Shown here: piece after piece, positions 1 to 11,767 of the stretch | Numbering within the stretch: the stretch's first letter is position 1 | Layout: each line of letters starts with the position of its first letter | Source of the DNA: Octopus bimaculoides | Lineage: Eukaryota | Assembly (NCBI RefSeq): GCF_001194135.2 | Contig: NC_068995.1 | Span: 2,682,477-2,746,476 of the forward strand | Direction of reading: 5' to 3' | Length of the DNA stretch: 64,000 nucleotides | Notes under the pieces: generated by a model | The model's input: only the letters and a program-made list of their open reading frames with translations | Databases searched by the model: none | Told to the model about the DNA's origin: nothing | Made by a program: the position numbers and the translations under genes

Positions 1-139
1 TACATATGTCTGTCTGTCTTTCTCTTTGATATTAGCTACATGTATGGGGGTTGTCAGGTTTAGTCACACTGCATAACACCTTGGGTGAGTATCTTCTACT
101 ATAGTTCCAGGCTGACCAAAGCTTGGGACTATAATAGAA

Positions 140-370
140 GACCGGTCATCCTGGCCCCTTGTCGTCTTCTCTGTGAGGCTCAAGATCCAAGATCAGCTTT
201 CACCACTTTGTCCCATGTCTTTCTGGGTCATCTGGGCCCCTTTTCTGCAAGCTCCATCCTCATTTAGTAATCGACACTTCCTTATACAGCTGCCCTCATC
301 AGGTATCCATACCAGTGCTCTCTTCGTTTTTGCAACACTACATCTGATTCCTCTTAGGCCCAGATTTTCT
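140..370 (-). mobile_element. Degenerate RTE-clade LINE 3' end fragment
   Basis: Minus-strand frames give RREHWYGYLMR...DEGSCIRKCRLL..DG..RKG..PRKTWDKVVKADL, resembling the RTE ORF C-terminus (RLRWFGHV.R...RGRPRKTW). Frameshifted; boundaries approximate. Confidence 0.6.
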
Positions 371-452
371 ATCTTGTTCATACATACAGTGTGTGGGTGT
401 ATGTTTGCATGTGTATGTATATGTGTGTATATATGAGCACTTGTTTGTCTCT

Positions 453-537
453 CATCATCATCATCATCATTATCGTTTAACGTCTGCTTTCCATGCTGGC
501 ATGGGTTGGACAGTTTGACTGAGGACTGGCAAGCCAG
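453..537 (-). mobile_element. 3' tail of an abundant SINE family ending in (GAT)n (family C); further copies e.g. 2440-2760(+), 4637-4805(-), 9280-9505(+), 12000-12195(+), 31510-31680(+), 58840-58970(-), 59400-59555(+), 63460-63720(-)
   Basis: The recurrent motif catcatcgtttaacgtc.gctttccatgctggcatgggttggac is seen many times in both orientations in this window. Confidence 0.75.
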
Positions 538-546
538 ACAGTTGCA

Positions 547-830
547 ATGACGAATGTTCCAGTTGGTTCAATCAACGGAACAGCCTGCTTGTGAAACCAA
601 TGTGCAAGCGGCTGAGTACTCCACAGACACACATACCATTAACGTAGTTCTCGAGGAGATTCAGCATGACACAGAGTGTGACAAGGCTGGCCCTTTTGAA
701 TTACAGGTACAACTCATTTTTTCCAGCTGATTGGACTGGAGCAACATGGAATAAAGTGTTTTGCCCAAGGACACAATGTGCCATTGGGTATCAAACTCAC
801 AACCTTATGATCATGAGCCATACACCTTGT
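547..830 (-). mobile_element. tRNA-derived SINE with V-domain-like core (ttgcccaaggacacaa)
   Basis: The minus strand has a tRNA-like head (ctcatgatcataaggttgtgagtttgatacc) followed by gtgtccttgggcaaaacactttatt. Related copies occur at 10160-10460 and 21361-21700. Confidence 0.6.
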
Positions 831-1093
831 TGTAAATTTAAATATCATGTCTAAAGCCATAATTTATGGAAATACTTGCAGACGGAAACTTGATTGTTGT
901 AAACAATGTTTTTTTAAAGAAAATCTCATACCACCATTTCATTGGTATAATTTCTTGTGTTCATTCACAGAGCAGGAGTGTGTTTAAAGCATAGCGACAT
1001 TGTAATTAAGTTTGTTAATTAACAGAGAGTTGTGTTTAATGACATTGTTACAGTTTGTGTTAACGTTTCTGTTGATGTCTGTTCTGTTTGCAG

Positions 1094-1179
1094 TGAGAAA
1101 CTAATCAAATCTGGGACGGCCGCTAAAGAAGACATTGCATCATTGCGAGCTGGTGGGAAAACTGTTGAAGAGTTAATAA
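1094..1179 (+). CDS. SON: SON exon (EKLIKSGTAAKEDIASLRAGGKTVEELI)
   Basis: tttgcag| acceptor and |gtaagt donor. GGKTVEEL resembles human SON GGATIEEL. Ends in phase 1. Confidence 0.75.
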
Positions 1180-2048
1180 GTAAGTACATAGGGGTGGTTT
1201 GTTGGGTGGAGCTTTCTACCCTATCGTTCAATTAGTTTAATGTCTGTAAAAATTCTGTTGTATATCCAGTACTAAGGTGAAGATGCTGTGGTATTTATCC
1301 TTATCGCTGTGATAATTCCCTTCTAAAGATCCCGATGATGTACTTTTATTTGTCTAGGGCATCTCAGTGGGAGCTGTTTTTGCTTGTATTGACAGCAGTG
1401 GTCATTTTGGATTGTCTGAATAATGTGATGTCCTTTAGGAAATGTTTCAGAGGATTTCAGACAATCTGGTCCCTTTCCCTTTGAGCCCATCTTTTTGTGC
1501 AATGAGAGATTTAAGATTGTTCAAGGGACAAACCACACTGAACTTCCCTTAGTGATAGGCTCAACATGTTGTCAGAGTCTGAGAGTTTGGGAAGGACTGG
1601 CCCTTACAAATGGCTGAACCCTTTAGCATTCAATTTACTTTGATTAATTTAAAACAATGTAAATCAATAAGCATTACATTTGACAAAGTAATCACCATCA
1701 TCATCGTCATCATCATCAGCAGACGTTAAACAATGATGATTATTTTGTCAATGTAATGCTTATTACTCTCTTTACTCTTTTGCTTGTTTCAGTCATTTGA
1801 CTGCGGCCATGCTGGAGCACCGCCTTTTAGTCAAGCAAATCAACCCCAGGACTTATTCTTTGTTAGCCTAGTATTTATTCTATTGGTCTCTTATGCCGAA
1901 CTGCTAAGTTACGGGGACAAGTACCAGTTGAGCACTGGGGTCAATGTAGTCAACTTAACCCTTTCCCCTGAACTTGCTGGCCTTGTGCCGAAATTTGAAA
2001 CCGACATTTTGCTTTTATTTCTGATCTTGTTGTTGTTGTTGCTGTAAC

Positions 2049-2353
2049 NNNNNNNNNNNNNNNNNNNNNNNNNNNNNNNNNNNNNNNNNNNNNNNNNNNN
2101 NNNNNNNNNNNNNNNNNNNNNNNNNNNNNNNNNNNNNNNNNNNNNNNNNNNNNNNNNNNNNNNNNNNNNNNNNNNNNNNNNNNNNNNNNNNNNNNNNNNN
2201 NNNNNNNNNNNNNNNNNNNNNNNNNNNNNNNNNNNNNNNNNNNNNNNNNNNNNNNNNNNNNNNNNNNNNNNNNNNNNNNNNNNNNNNNNNNNNNNNNNNN
2301 NNNNNNNNNNNNNNNNNNNNNNNNNNNNNNNNNNNNNNNNNNNNNNNNNNNNN
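2049..2353. other. Assembly gap (N-run); other large gaps at 23643-24557, 36578-36846, 49082-49292, 51178-51469, plus ~10-N gaps
   Basis: Runs of N, mostly next to microsatellites. Confidence 0.99.
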
Positions 2354-3049
2354 NTGCTTCATACTTTATGGCCAGCACCATGCTGTCCTCACAATCGAAA
2401 TGAAATGCAGGTGGGAATTATTCTTTAATTCAGTTGCCAAAAAGAGGACATCTTGTTTGTTCACACACCCATGTGTGTGTGTGTGCACCAGTGCCGCCTG
2501 ACTGGCTCCCGTGCCGATGGCATATAAAAAGCACCATCCAAGCGTGGTCGATGCCAGTACCACCTGACTGGCCCTCATGCCAGTGGAACATAAAAAGCAT
2601 CCACTACACTCTCAGAGTGGTTGGCGTTAGAAAGGGCATCCAGCTGTAGAAACTTTGCCAGATCGAATTGGAACCTGGTGCAGCCTTCTGGCTTGCTAGC
2701 CCTCAGTCAAACTGTACAACCCATGGAAAGCGGATGTTAAACAACGACGATAATGATATGTGTGCGCGCGCACACACACACACTAACCCCCATTTATCTC
2801 AACAGTTAACAATTCGATCCCATAATGAATACTACCCACTGCTACAAGACAAGTGGGTAGCCTAGACTTAACTTTGTTTCAATTCTTGGTTAAACCCAAG
2901 TCACTTCTTTTCTATCTCTAATGAACTTGGGAAAAGCATCAATATCACAAATTCATATTCCCCCTCTCTTCCTCTTTCATAAATATGTACAATAAACCAT
3001 CCTTTTTTCCTCCAATTTTAATGGTTTTCTTTTTTGCTGTTGTTTTCAG

Positions 3050-3268
3050 AATAACAAACACCACCAACTGCCCTCCCCTCAAGATATGGTAAAAGATTCC
3101 CCATTAAGGCTTCAATTCCCGGTGTCCAGTGGCAGCCAACATCGTGCTAAAGAACTTCAGAAAAACTCTACAGCTCAGTCGGTGTATGCTGCAGGAAGGA
3201 ATGGTAAACTCGATTCCTTGGATACAAACTCAAATTCAGACCCAGTATTTCCTGAAGACAGCCAACAG
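3050..3268 (+). CDS. SON: SON exon (NNKHHQLP...LRLQFPVSSGSQHRAKE...FPEDSQQ)
   Basis: ttttcag| acceptor and |gtaaca donor; 219 nt, phase 0-0; conserved FPVSSGSQHR. Confidence 0.9.
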
Positions 3269-5120
3269 GTAACAAGTTTCAACCATCTGTAATTCTTTTG
3301 TTCACTTGTCCCCCACTCCCTTCCTCAAGAGTCTGTGATATTGTATACCTTAAGCAAATCTTTCCATTCCCTTTCCATAGGGGTAGCCAGCAGTGTGGGT
3401 CACTGATGAAATATTTAGAACAAGGGGCCACAAATGGGTGCAGGGGATCCAGATAGAAGAGGAATCTGTAAATGAGAATTGTCAGTTTTGTTAAAGCTTG
3501 TATATTTGTTCTGGTTTTCTGCATTCTGAGCTCAAATCCTGTTGTGGTCAGCTTTGAACTTGTGGGTGAGTGGGTCAATAAAATAAAACACCTGTCAAGG
3601 GCAATAGATCGGCAGAATTGTAAAAGGGATCAGATGTGGTACCTTCAAGGTCTTTGTATTCAGAGTTGATGGAGTGGTAGACTTAAGCTGTTACTGTATT
3701 CAACACCACCCACCACCACCACCACCACCATCTGGTCCTTGGGTGCTTTTAGTGGGGTTCATCCCATTGCAGATATCTGCATCATATCTCAGGTTTAAGG
3801 ATAAACTTCCGACCATTAATCTCAAACATCCTGGTAAACAATACAAGGTTGGATTCATGAGTGCTGTCCTACCCACCCTGATAAAATGGAGAAAAATTAA
3901 AAGAAAAAAAACATGCATGTAAGCATGGAAAAAATGGACATAAAATGATGTTATATATGTATACATGTAGGACCAACCAATGCTTTGTGGGTAAATTTAG
4001 ATGGAAACTGTACGAAGCTCACTGTGTATATGTGTTATGCGTTTACATTTGTGCTCCTCCAAAAATCATTAAGTTACAAGCAGTGACATTGTTGTCGTTT
4101 CCCCTGTTGACAAATCATCAGCTGGCTCTGTGTCTTCAAAGATTTGGAATAAAAGACCCCTTCATTGAATTTTTGTCTGACCCATACTAGCATGGAAAAA
4201 GTGGATATTAAAAAAAGAAAAGACATTAGGCATAATATAGCCAACTGGTTAATAAGTTTGCTTTTTCATCACAAGGTCTTAGGTTCAATCCTAGTACATG
4301 CTATCTTGGGCGAGTGTCATTTTCTATAGCCTTGAGTCAACCCATACCTTGTGGGTGAGATTAGGTTGACAGAAACTGTATAGAAACTCAAGTGGATTGT
4401 ACCTGAGAGAGACATGTCTGTGGAATACTCAGCCACTTTATATGCTGTTTCAATAAGCAGATAATCCAGTTGATAGAATAACTGCTTCATTGAAAGCAAG
4501 ATCCATTGTGTGTGTTTATATATGTGTATGTGTGTTTTTAAAAATGAAGTAGATGTCAACATATTTAATGTATTGAGCAATAAAAATCTGCATTAGAAGT
4601 AATTATGTGATGAGAAAAAGACCTTAGCTTGACTCATCATCATTTAACATCCATTCACCATGCTGGCATGGGTTGGATGGTTTACAGGAGCTGGCAAGCC
4701 AGGAGGCTATTCCAAGCTCTGTTGTCTGTTTTGGCATAGTTTCTGTGGCTGGATGCCCTTCCTAATGCCAACCACTTTACAGAGTGGGACTGGGTGCTTT
4801 TCATGACTAATATTACTTTAATCGTTCTGATAAATATGGGGTTGGGGAACAACTGAACATGTTTCAGTCTTATTTGAACCTCTTCAGCAGAGCAAACTTC
4901 ACCTGTTGTTACCGAAGCAGTGATTAGAGAATCACTGAATATATGTACAATATCGTACGTGATATAAAGTGTGAATAAATTAGCATAATTTAAATTCTAA
5001 AGCTGTAAGTCAGGGAGTTGAGATGATGGGGTTATAACCACCTCAAAGAGACTCCGTCTACGTGGCAAAATAAAAAGAAGCAAACAGGCTAAAATGATGT
5101 GTGTGTGCGTGTTGTTACAG

Positions 5121-5231
5121 GATGTCAATATAACTCAAGTGATGACTGAACGTATGAATGCTGTGAAGAAACTGCAGAAGAACCCTCATGACACTCAAGC
5201 ATTAGGCAGCATGTATCGAGCACAGAAAGAG
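5121..5231 (+). CDS. SON: SON exon (DVNITQVMTERMNAVKKLQKNPHDTQALGSMYRAQKE)
   Basis: ttacag| and |gtttgt; 111 nt, phase 0-0; resembles human VDISTAMSERALAQKRL...AQE. Confidence 0.9.
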
Positions 5232-7290
5232 GTTTGTGAAAACTACTTTACCCTATTTATTGTCAACTGTTAGATGGGGGTTGCAGGGCCCAGCGACAGT
5301 TTCTCATGATCACAGCAAACCCAGATTGAAAAAGGGGTTCCTTCTGGACCACCTTGAGAGAAATATCTCAGTTGACTTGTCAAGAGTGTCCTTCCTGTTT
5401 GAGTCAGTTATAGCTGCTATTTCTAACTGGCTGAGCAACCACGTTGAGGCTCATGTGGTTGTTTGTTGGTAGGGATTGGTAGATGTTGTTTAACTCTGGG
5501 TCAGCGCCACTCAAACACAACTATAATCAAAAGGGTTCCAGCGATATGTCCAGGGTTACATTTATCCAATGTCCTTATTGATTTGAGGTAGGAAGGTGTG
5601 ATGTGCAGCAGAATTCAACTGCTATGTCTAGCAGGGTCAAGCAAATAGATGTCTGCAGTTGTCATTACTGGCTGGTAAAGGTCAGCTCCTTCTCTCACTC
5701 TCACACACGTGTGTGTGTTTTTATATATATATATATATATANNNNNNNNNNATATATATATATATTAGTATATATGTATATATAATTTTTTATAACTATT
5801 CTCTGCAATTTGATGCTAGTTTCTTTTTGTTCATAGATGGACTTTTCGATTCCAAATTGACATGTCCAGTTCTGTTTAATGGAAACTTGTAGCACTCATT
5901 GACCCTTTAACTCTATATATATATATACAAAATATGTTTGGTTGGTGTTATTATCAGCATCATTTCATGTCCACTTTCCCATACTTGCATGGAATTTATT
6001 GAGGCAGGCTTTCTATGGCCAGACATGTTTTTCACAGAAGACTGCATACAAACAACCTCGCTTGTATGACAGTGATACTTGTTTACAAACATCACACAAA
6101 CACATCACATTCATGCACACGCATAAGACATGACTGGCATCTTTCAGTTTCCATCTACCAAATCCACTCACAAGGCACTTTGGTCAGCCTGGGACTATTG
6201 TAGAAGACACTTGCCCAAGGTGCCCGCAGTGGGATAGAACCCAGCACCTCGTGGTCGGGAAGTCATACATGTACCTCTGGTGTAGTTTATTCAAAACTCT
6301 GACAACAGAGTTGGCCGTGTTGGTGATCTTTTTGACCATGTTGTGTTTGCATAAATTGGTAGTCAAAGGGTTTGTGGGGTCACAACATGAACAGCCCTTT
6401 CTTTGGTCCCTTTCTTGGTCATTCACATCACTTGTTCAAAGTACTGGGGTGTGGGGGTGAGTGAAATGAATTCACTGTTTGACTACTACTACTACTACTC
6501 TATGCATCACCCCGAAAGTTAGAAAAGTTGACTTCCGTGGGATTTGAACTCATTGCACAGAGGGTCTAAATAAAAACCACCAAACATTCTAACTGACACT
6601 CTATCAACTCTGCTCGTTTAATGTCTTTGTTTCTGATGATGATGATGATGATGATGATGGTGGTGGTGGGGCCAGGGCCAGGGGAGGGTAATTTTTGTTT
6701 GTCTTTTATTCAACCTAGAAAAGGATTGTACCTGGAGCTTCTTTTAGGTCATCCTTGATTGGATAACGAAGCAATAGTTTGGGGGACAAGAAAAGGTTAG
6801 TGGGGTTAGGGGGTTTGTTTTGGGGACAGGTTTGTGGAATATAAACAGTAGGGAGGAAAGGGTTTAGTTCCAGAAGGGATGTAACTTTAGAGTGTTTAAA
6901 ATTAGTTCAAGGAAATTAGATCTAGCAAGGATGTTGTTGGGTTTTTGGTCTTAATTTAGGCCTGATTTGATAGACCTGTTACCAAAGACATCCCATCTTT
7001 TATTCAGACTTAGCGTGTCTAGGACCCTAGAACTAAACTATGAAAAATATTTGTTTTGTTTAATCAAGATGAGTAAGGTGTGTTTTTTTAAAAAGATTTA
7101 GCTACTATATCTAACAGATCAAATTATAAGATAGAGGCTGCTCTTGTTAACTTGAGTTGTGGATTTCAAAATGGCCCAAAAAGCCAGCAGAGCTAACCAC
7201 TGCAGTATCTGTCCTTAAAATAACCGTTGTGTGTATTTAATATGTTGTTGTTGTTGTTGAATTCATGTGAAACATTTGTTTGCTGTTTAG

Positions 7291-7413
7291 TTGAATCGGT
7301 GGGCTCAGTCAAAGCAGTTACCTGGTTTATTTACTGGAAGTACTGGAGCCAAAGTGATGACACTTGAGGAGTTAAATGGACCTGACAAAAAATTACAAGC
7401 TTGGGCGAAAAAG
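7291..7413 (+). CDS. SON: SON exon (LNRWAQSKQLPGLFTGSTGAKV...LQAWAKK)
   Basis: gtttag| and |gtgaga; 123 nt; resembles human WAQLNSIPGQFTGSTG...QAWIKK. Confidence 0.93.
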
Positions 7414-7812
7414 GTGAGAATTATTCCATTTTGGATTTCTGTTTCTACTTTGATAAAATGTTATTTTGTTACTTCATCTAGCTTTCGTCTTTACACTAAT
7501 TTACTAATACTACATTTTATATGGATTCTCAGCTTCATTGTTACTCTTGCATTTATCTATTCCTATACGTGAAGGAGTGTGGCCTGGTGGTAAGGCTATT
7601 GCACTTGTGATCACTACATCGTGGATTCAATTCCTTTATTGGGTGGTGTGTTGTGTTTTTAAGCAAAACACTTCATTTCACTTCACGTTGCGCCAGCCCC
7701 CAATCCCTTTCAATCAAGGGGGGAATGTTGGCCTGCTTGTCTGGCCAGTAGGGTGGCATCATTCGATGGCTAAAACCATGTAAAAGCACATTGTGCCCAG
7801 CAATGTATAACA

Positions 7813-7856
<44 letters not shown>

Positions 7857-7999
7857 ATATTATTATTATTCTTTCTTACCTTAAATAAATTTATAAGGAG
7901 TTTATTATAGACCTTTGTGGACGGTTTTTTGCTATTTTGGTAACGGTTGCATGTTTTATCTTACCAATACATTTGGTAGATATCATTATNNNNNNNNNN

Positions 8000-8036
<37 letters not shown>

Positions 8037-8351
8037 CTGATATGATACTTCTGAATTGTGAACTTAGAAATATTAGCCATCATTTATTTCTACTTCCCTT
8101 ATAATATTTAGTTTCCATGTACATCATTAAAATGGTGATTATATATGATATATACACCTCTCGTTTATTATTTGAAATGGTGTCTGCTTTGAGGTCCATT
8201 AACAAATATATTGCTGTAATATATACAAGTACACAGTATTTAATAGACATGTATGTTGACCAATTAATGTGTGTGTGTGTCTGTTGTGTATTGAGCGTCC
8301 ATCAGTTGTTGACCAGCTAATGTCCATGCTGTGTGGTGTTGTTCATTCCAG

Positions 8352-8499
8352 CAACAAATAATCAATGCTGCTCCTGTTAAAGGTGGCATAGGTATGCACT
8401 TACTACAGAAGATGGGTTGGCGCGAAGGGGAAGGACTCGGCAAGAACAGCAAAGGACCAACAGAACCCATCATTGTCAATGTGAAAATTGACCGCAAAG
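8352..8499 (+). CDS. SON: SON G-patch exon
   Basis: ttccag| and |gtaaga; encodes AAPVKGGIGMHLLQKMGWREGEGLGKNSKGPTEPI; ends in phase 1. Confidence 0.95.
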
Positions 8500-8846
8500 G
8501 TAAGAAGTGTGGTCGCGATTTTTGGTGTGTGCGGGTAGGGGTGATGTGGAAGTGGGTGGGTGATGTACCTCAGGTGTTGAGGGTATTTGACATAGATGTC
8601 ATATTGTTGTGGAGGAAGTAGTTGATGGAAGTGGTGGTGTAGTTGAGATTTTTTGTTGGTGGGGGAGGGCAGTGAATGATGTAGTGCGGATGTTGTTTAA
8701 CAGGAGATGATATAACTGAGTTGTGGTATTTGCAGGGAAGGGGTTGATTGACAGGGCTAGAGTGTGGAGTGTGTGTAGCTGGGGGTGTTTTGTGCTGGCA
8801 TGTTGTGTCCATCATGCTACAAACCTGTCCCTTTCTACTCCCTTAG

Positions 8847-8912
8847 GTCTCACATCACATGGTGAAGATCCAAAGAAATCTCAAGCTGTAGAACTGGCTA
8901 AACACATTTCAG
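8847..8912 (+). CDS. SON: SON exon (GLTSHGEDPKKSQAVELAKHIS)
   Basis: ccttag| and |gtattt; 66 nt, phase 1-1, keeps the frame between the G-patch and the dsRBD. Confidence 0.85.
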
Positions 8913-9770
8913 GTATTTATGCTTTTGTTTTTCTTTACTTACCACTTTGACTAACTGACCATCTAGTTGGATGGATTGTGGTCTCACTGATCGCCTGGCT
9001 GGATGAAGCCACCTCACTGACCATTTGGCTGAACTTGACAATGTTCTTTTGATTATATATGTATGGCATCACTACAATACACACACACACATACACTCGT
9101 ATGTGTAAGTTTCAAAATACAATTACCTATCCAACAATGTAGACAACAAGCTGTTATAAACATTTCAAATTTATGCATTCCTTCACACATAGATTTCCAG
9201 GAGTTGTGGCATTTTGCTGTACTTGAGATGTGCCAAGCTAAGTAAAATCGCTGTCTTCCATACATACAGGCTTGTCTTTTACAGGTGTCGGTGCCACGTA
9301 AAATGCACTCATGCCAGTGGCACATAAATAACACCCAGCTCACTCTGTTATGTGGTTGGCGTGTTAGGAAGGGTATCCCAGCCGGAGAAACCATACCACA
9401 ACAGACAATTGGAGTCTGGACAGCTCCCCAGCTGGCCCTCTCTAGTCAAACCACCCAACCCATTCCATCATGGAAAACATATGTTAAACGATGATGATGA
9501 TGATATCATTAGAAGACACTTGCCTAAAGTATCATGCAGTGGGCCTGAACCCAGAACCATGTGGTTGGGAAGCAAACTTCTTACCACACAGCTACACCTG
9601 TGCCTATATTAAGTAATGCGATAGATATTGGACACAGGTTGATCAGATTCCACTCTTCCTCTTCTTCCAAAATTTGTTGCTTTTTACAATTGTCTCACTT
9701 TTTTTCCCCCCCTATTTTTGTATTTTTTAAATTCAAGCTAAAATTAATGAAATGTGTTTATTATCGTCAG

Positions 9771-9886
9771 GTAAACATCCTGTCTCTGCTTTGGTTGAAC
9801 TAAGCAACAAATTAAAGTGGGGTGCTCCGATATTCCAGCAGATTGAAGAGAGGGGCCCCGACCACAAAAAGACTTTTAAATACAAG
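9771..9886 (+). CDS. SON: SON dsRBD exon 1 (GKHPVSALVELSNKLKWGAPIF...GPDHKKTFKYK)
   Basis: cgtcag| and |gtaagc; phase 1-0; dsRBD alpha1-beta motif. Confidence 0.95.
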
Positions 9887-10159
9887 GTAAGCATCCCCCT
9901 TATATTCACTACGATCACCCACACTACCACATCATTATCGATGGATGAAAATTTAACATTCCTCTCATCTTTCTAGGAGAATTTTTCACTTAGTTAATAG
10001 AAATGTTTTCTAAAGGCAACACAGGTATTAAATAATGTTAAGATGCATATCCGGTGTGGCTTATATAATATGCTGGGGAAGGAGGTATATTGAGATGATA
10101 AACTACTGACATACTAAGCAATTTTTCATAAGGTATTGCTAATGGGTAAAAGGATTAAG

Positions 10160-10460
10160 ACTCCCTCTGGTCGTGAATGACCATCGGATTGCACCTAGAA
10201 AGTTCCCCTCCAAGGTACAAGTCCAGGCAAGGTTGTTTTATGGAAGACCAGCAATCACCCATGCGTACCAGCTTCCCCCAATATTATCCAAGGGAAAGGC
10301 AAAGGGACCGATACAGCTTGGCACCAGTTGAGTGAACTGGAGCAACATGAAATAAAATGTCTTGCTCAGGAATACAACACACAGCATCGCCTGGAAATTG
10401 AACTCACTGCCTCATGATTGTGAGCCCAATGCTCTAGCTACTGGGCCATGAGCCTTCAAG
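10160..10460 (-). mobile_element. tRNA-derived SINE, V-domain-like family E (counterpart of the + copy at 21361-21700)
   Basis: It is the reverse complement of the 21361-21700 element (gatacagcttggcaccag; gtcttgctcaggaatacaacac; ttgaactcac..catgattgtgagccc). Confidence 0.7.
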
Positions 10461-10722
10461 TTAGCACTAACAGGCTGATATTTTGGCTTGTTTATGTTAT
10501 TTTATTATTGTACCTCGTGGACTCATGCCCATCCAGCACCTGAATCTACGAAACTCAGTCCCCCCATCTGCGATACAGTTGCAATAGACTCAGGACGATC
10601 TTTTGATAAATTAAAAAACATTAAAAAACGCACATCTTGTATTTGCCAGCAAAAATGCTAAAATCACTTGTTGTTTAGTGATAGTAAACCACTTTTCCTT
10701 TTTCTGTTCTTTATTATTTCAG

Positions 10723-10848
10723 GTTTCTGTCAACAACATCACATACCAACCGACCACTTCAAGCAACAGCAAGAAGACAGGCCGTGCCAAAGCCGCTATT
10801 GTTTGTCTTCACAATCTCGGCTTGCTGCCCAAAGAATTCACAGTATAA
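10723..10848 (+). CDS. SON: SON terminal exon (VSVNNITYQPTTSSNSKKTGRAKAAIVCLHNLGLLPKEFTV*)
   Basis: atttcag| acceptor; phase 0; completes the dsRBD (KKxxRxxAA helix); TAA at 10846-10848. Confidence 0.9.
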   Translation, partial: VSVNNITYQPTTSSNSKKTGRAKAAIVCLHNLGLLPKEFTV

Positions 10849-11761
10849 TAGACCTCCTTAGATCTATCCCCCCAACTCCAATAACAACTTTCTTATTTTT
10901 CCATGCAAAAATGTTTCAGTTATTTCTTTCTGTTTGTTAAACTACAAATAACAGCAACAAACTGCTATTACTACTTCTACTACTATGACAACAGTAACAA
11001 GAACAACAACATAGCTGAGCTGATTACAACACCACCACAACCACCACCACCACCACCACCACCACCACCACCACCACTACTATCTGACAGTAATCTTCCT
11101 TTCTGTATGATTTTAGGGGTTTTTTTTCTTTCTCCTTCTGTTAATTTCTTCACCGCATTTAGTAACTTTGGTGAAGGGACTCTGTTGGTATATATTTATA
11201 TATAAATATATATATACACATATATATATATATATATATATATATTCACACACATATATACTTGCACATATATACAATATACATGTATTTACAAACAGAC
11301 AGACATATATGTATATATATTCACACATATTTACATGTAACATGTGTGTGTAAATAGATGTGTGTGTATATGTATAAGTGTGTGTGTATGTGTGTATATA
11401 TGTATGTATATATATTTGAGAATTAGAAACAAATTTTGTATTTAATTACACAAAAACATTGAAAAGTCTTTAAATATTTCTTTTGTTTCTTTGTTTACTT
11501 TTTTTTTTCCTTTTCATTTGAAACCAAAAAAAGAAAAAAAACAAAACACCCCCACCCCACAAAAATTGGATTTTGACAAGTCACCATTTCCTCTAGTTTA
11601 AATCTGAGAGCTTGACCTATTCTGTGGAGATTTAAGCTGTAGTTGATCACTTGCAACTCTAAGCACCAAACAATGATCATGCAAGAAAAAAATGTAATTT
11701 CACAACAAAACTCTATTGTATTCGCTTGTGTTTTTTTTATTTATAAATGTCCTCTGGTTGA

Positions 11762-11767
11762 AATAAA
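11762..11767 (+). promoter_or_regulatory. Candidate SON poly(A) signal AATAAA
   Basis: AATAAA about 0.9 kb after the stop codon, followed by T-rich sequence. Confidence 0.45.

Larger units (their letters stand above)
1094..10848 (+). other. SON: SON gene, 3' portion: exons 1094-1179, [missing exon], 3050-3268, 5121-5231, 7291-7413, 8352-8499, 8847-8912, 9771-9886, 10723-10848; the 5' part lies before the window
   Basis: The spliced translation gives FPVSSGSQHR, WAQSKQLPGLFTGSTG, a G-patch (GGIGMHLLQKMGWREGEGLGK) and a dsRBD (GKHPVSALVEL...GPDHKK). This matches the SON C-terminal architecture. Confidence 0.93.

Noticed and set aside
2354-2417. Sequence after the gap ending in cag|gtggga, as the tail of the missing SON exon
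   Set aside because: No frame gives SON-like residues (HHPF or similar).
3400-3530. TGATGA...CTGA pair suggesting a C/D snoRNA in a SON intron
   Set aside because: The C box lacks the preceding purine, there is no terminal stem, and no rRNA guide complementarity was recognised.
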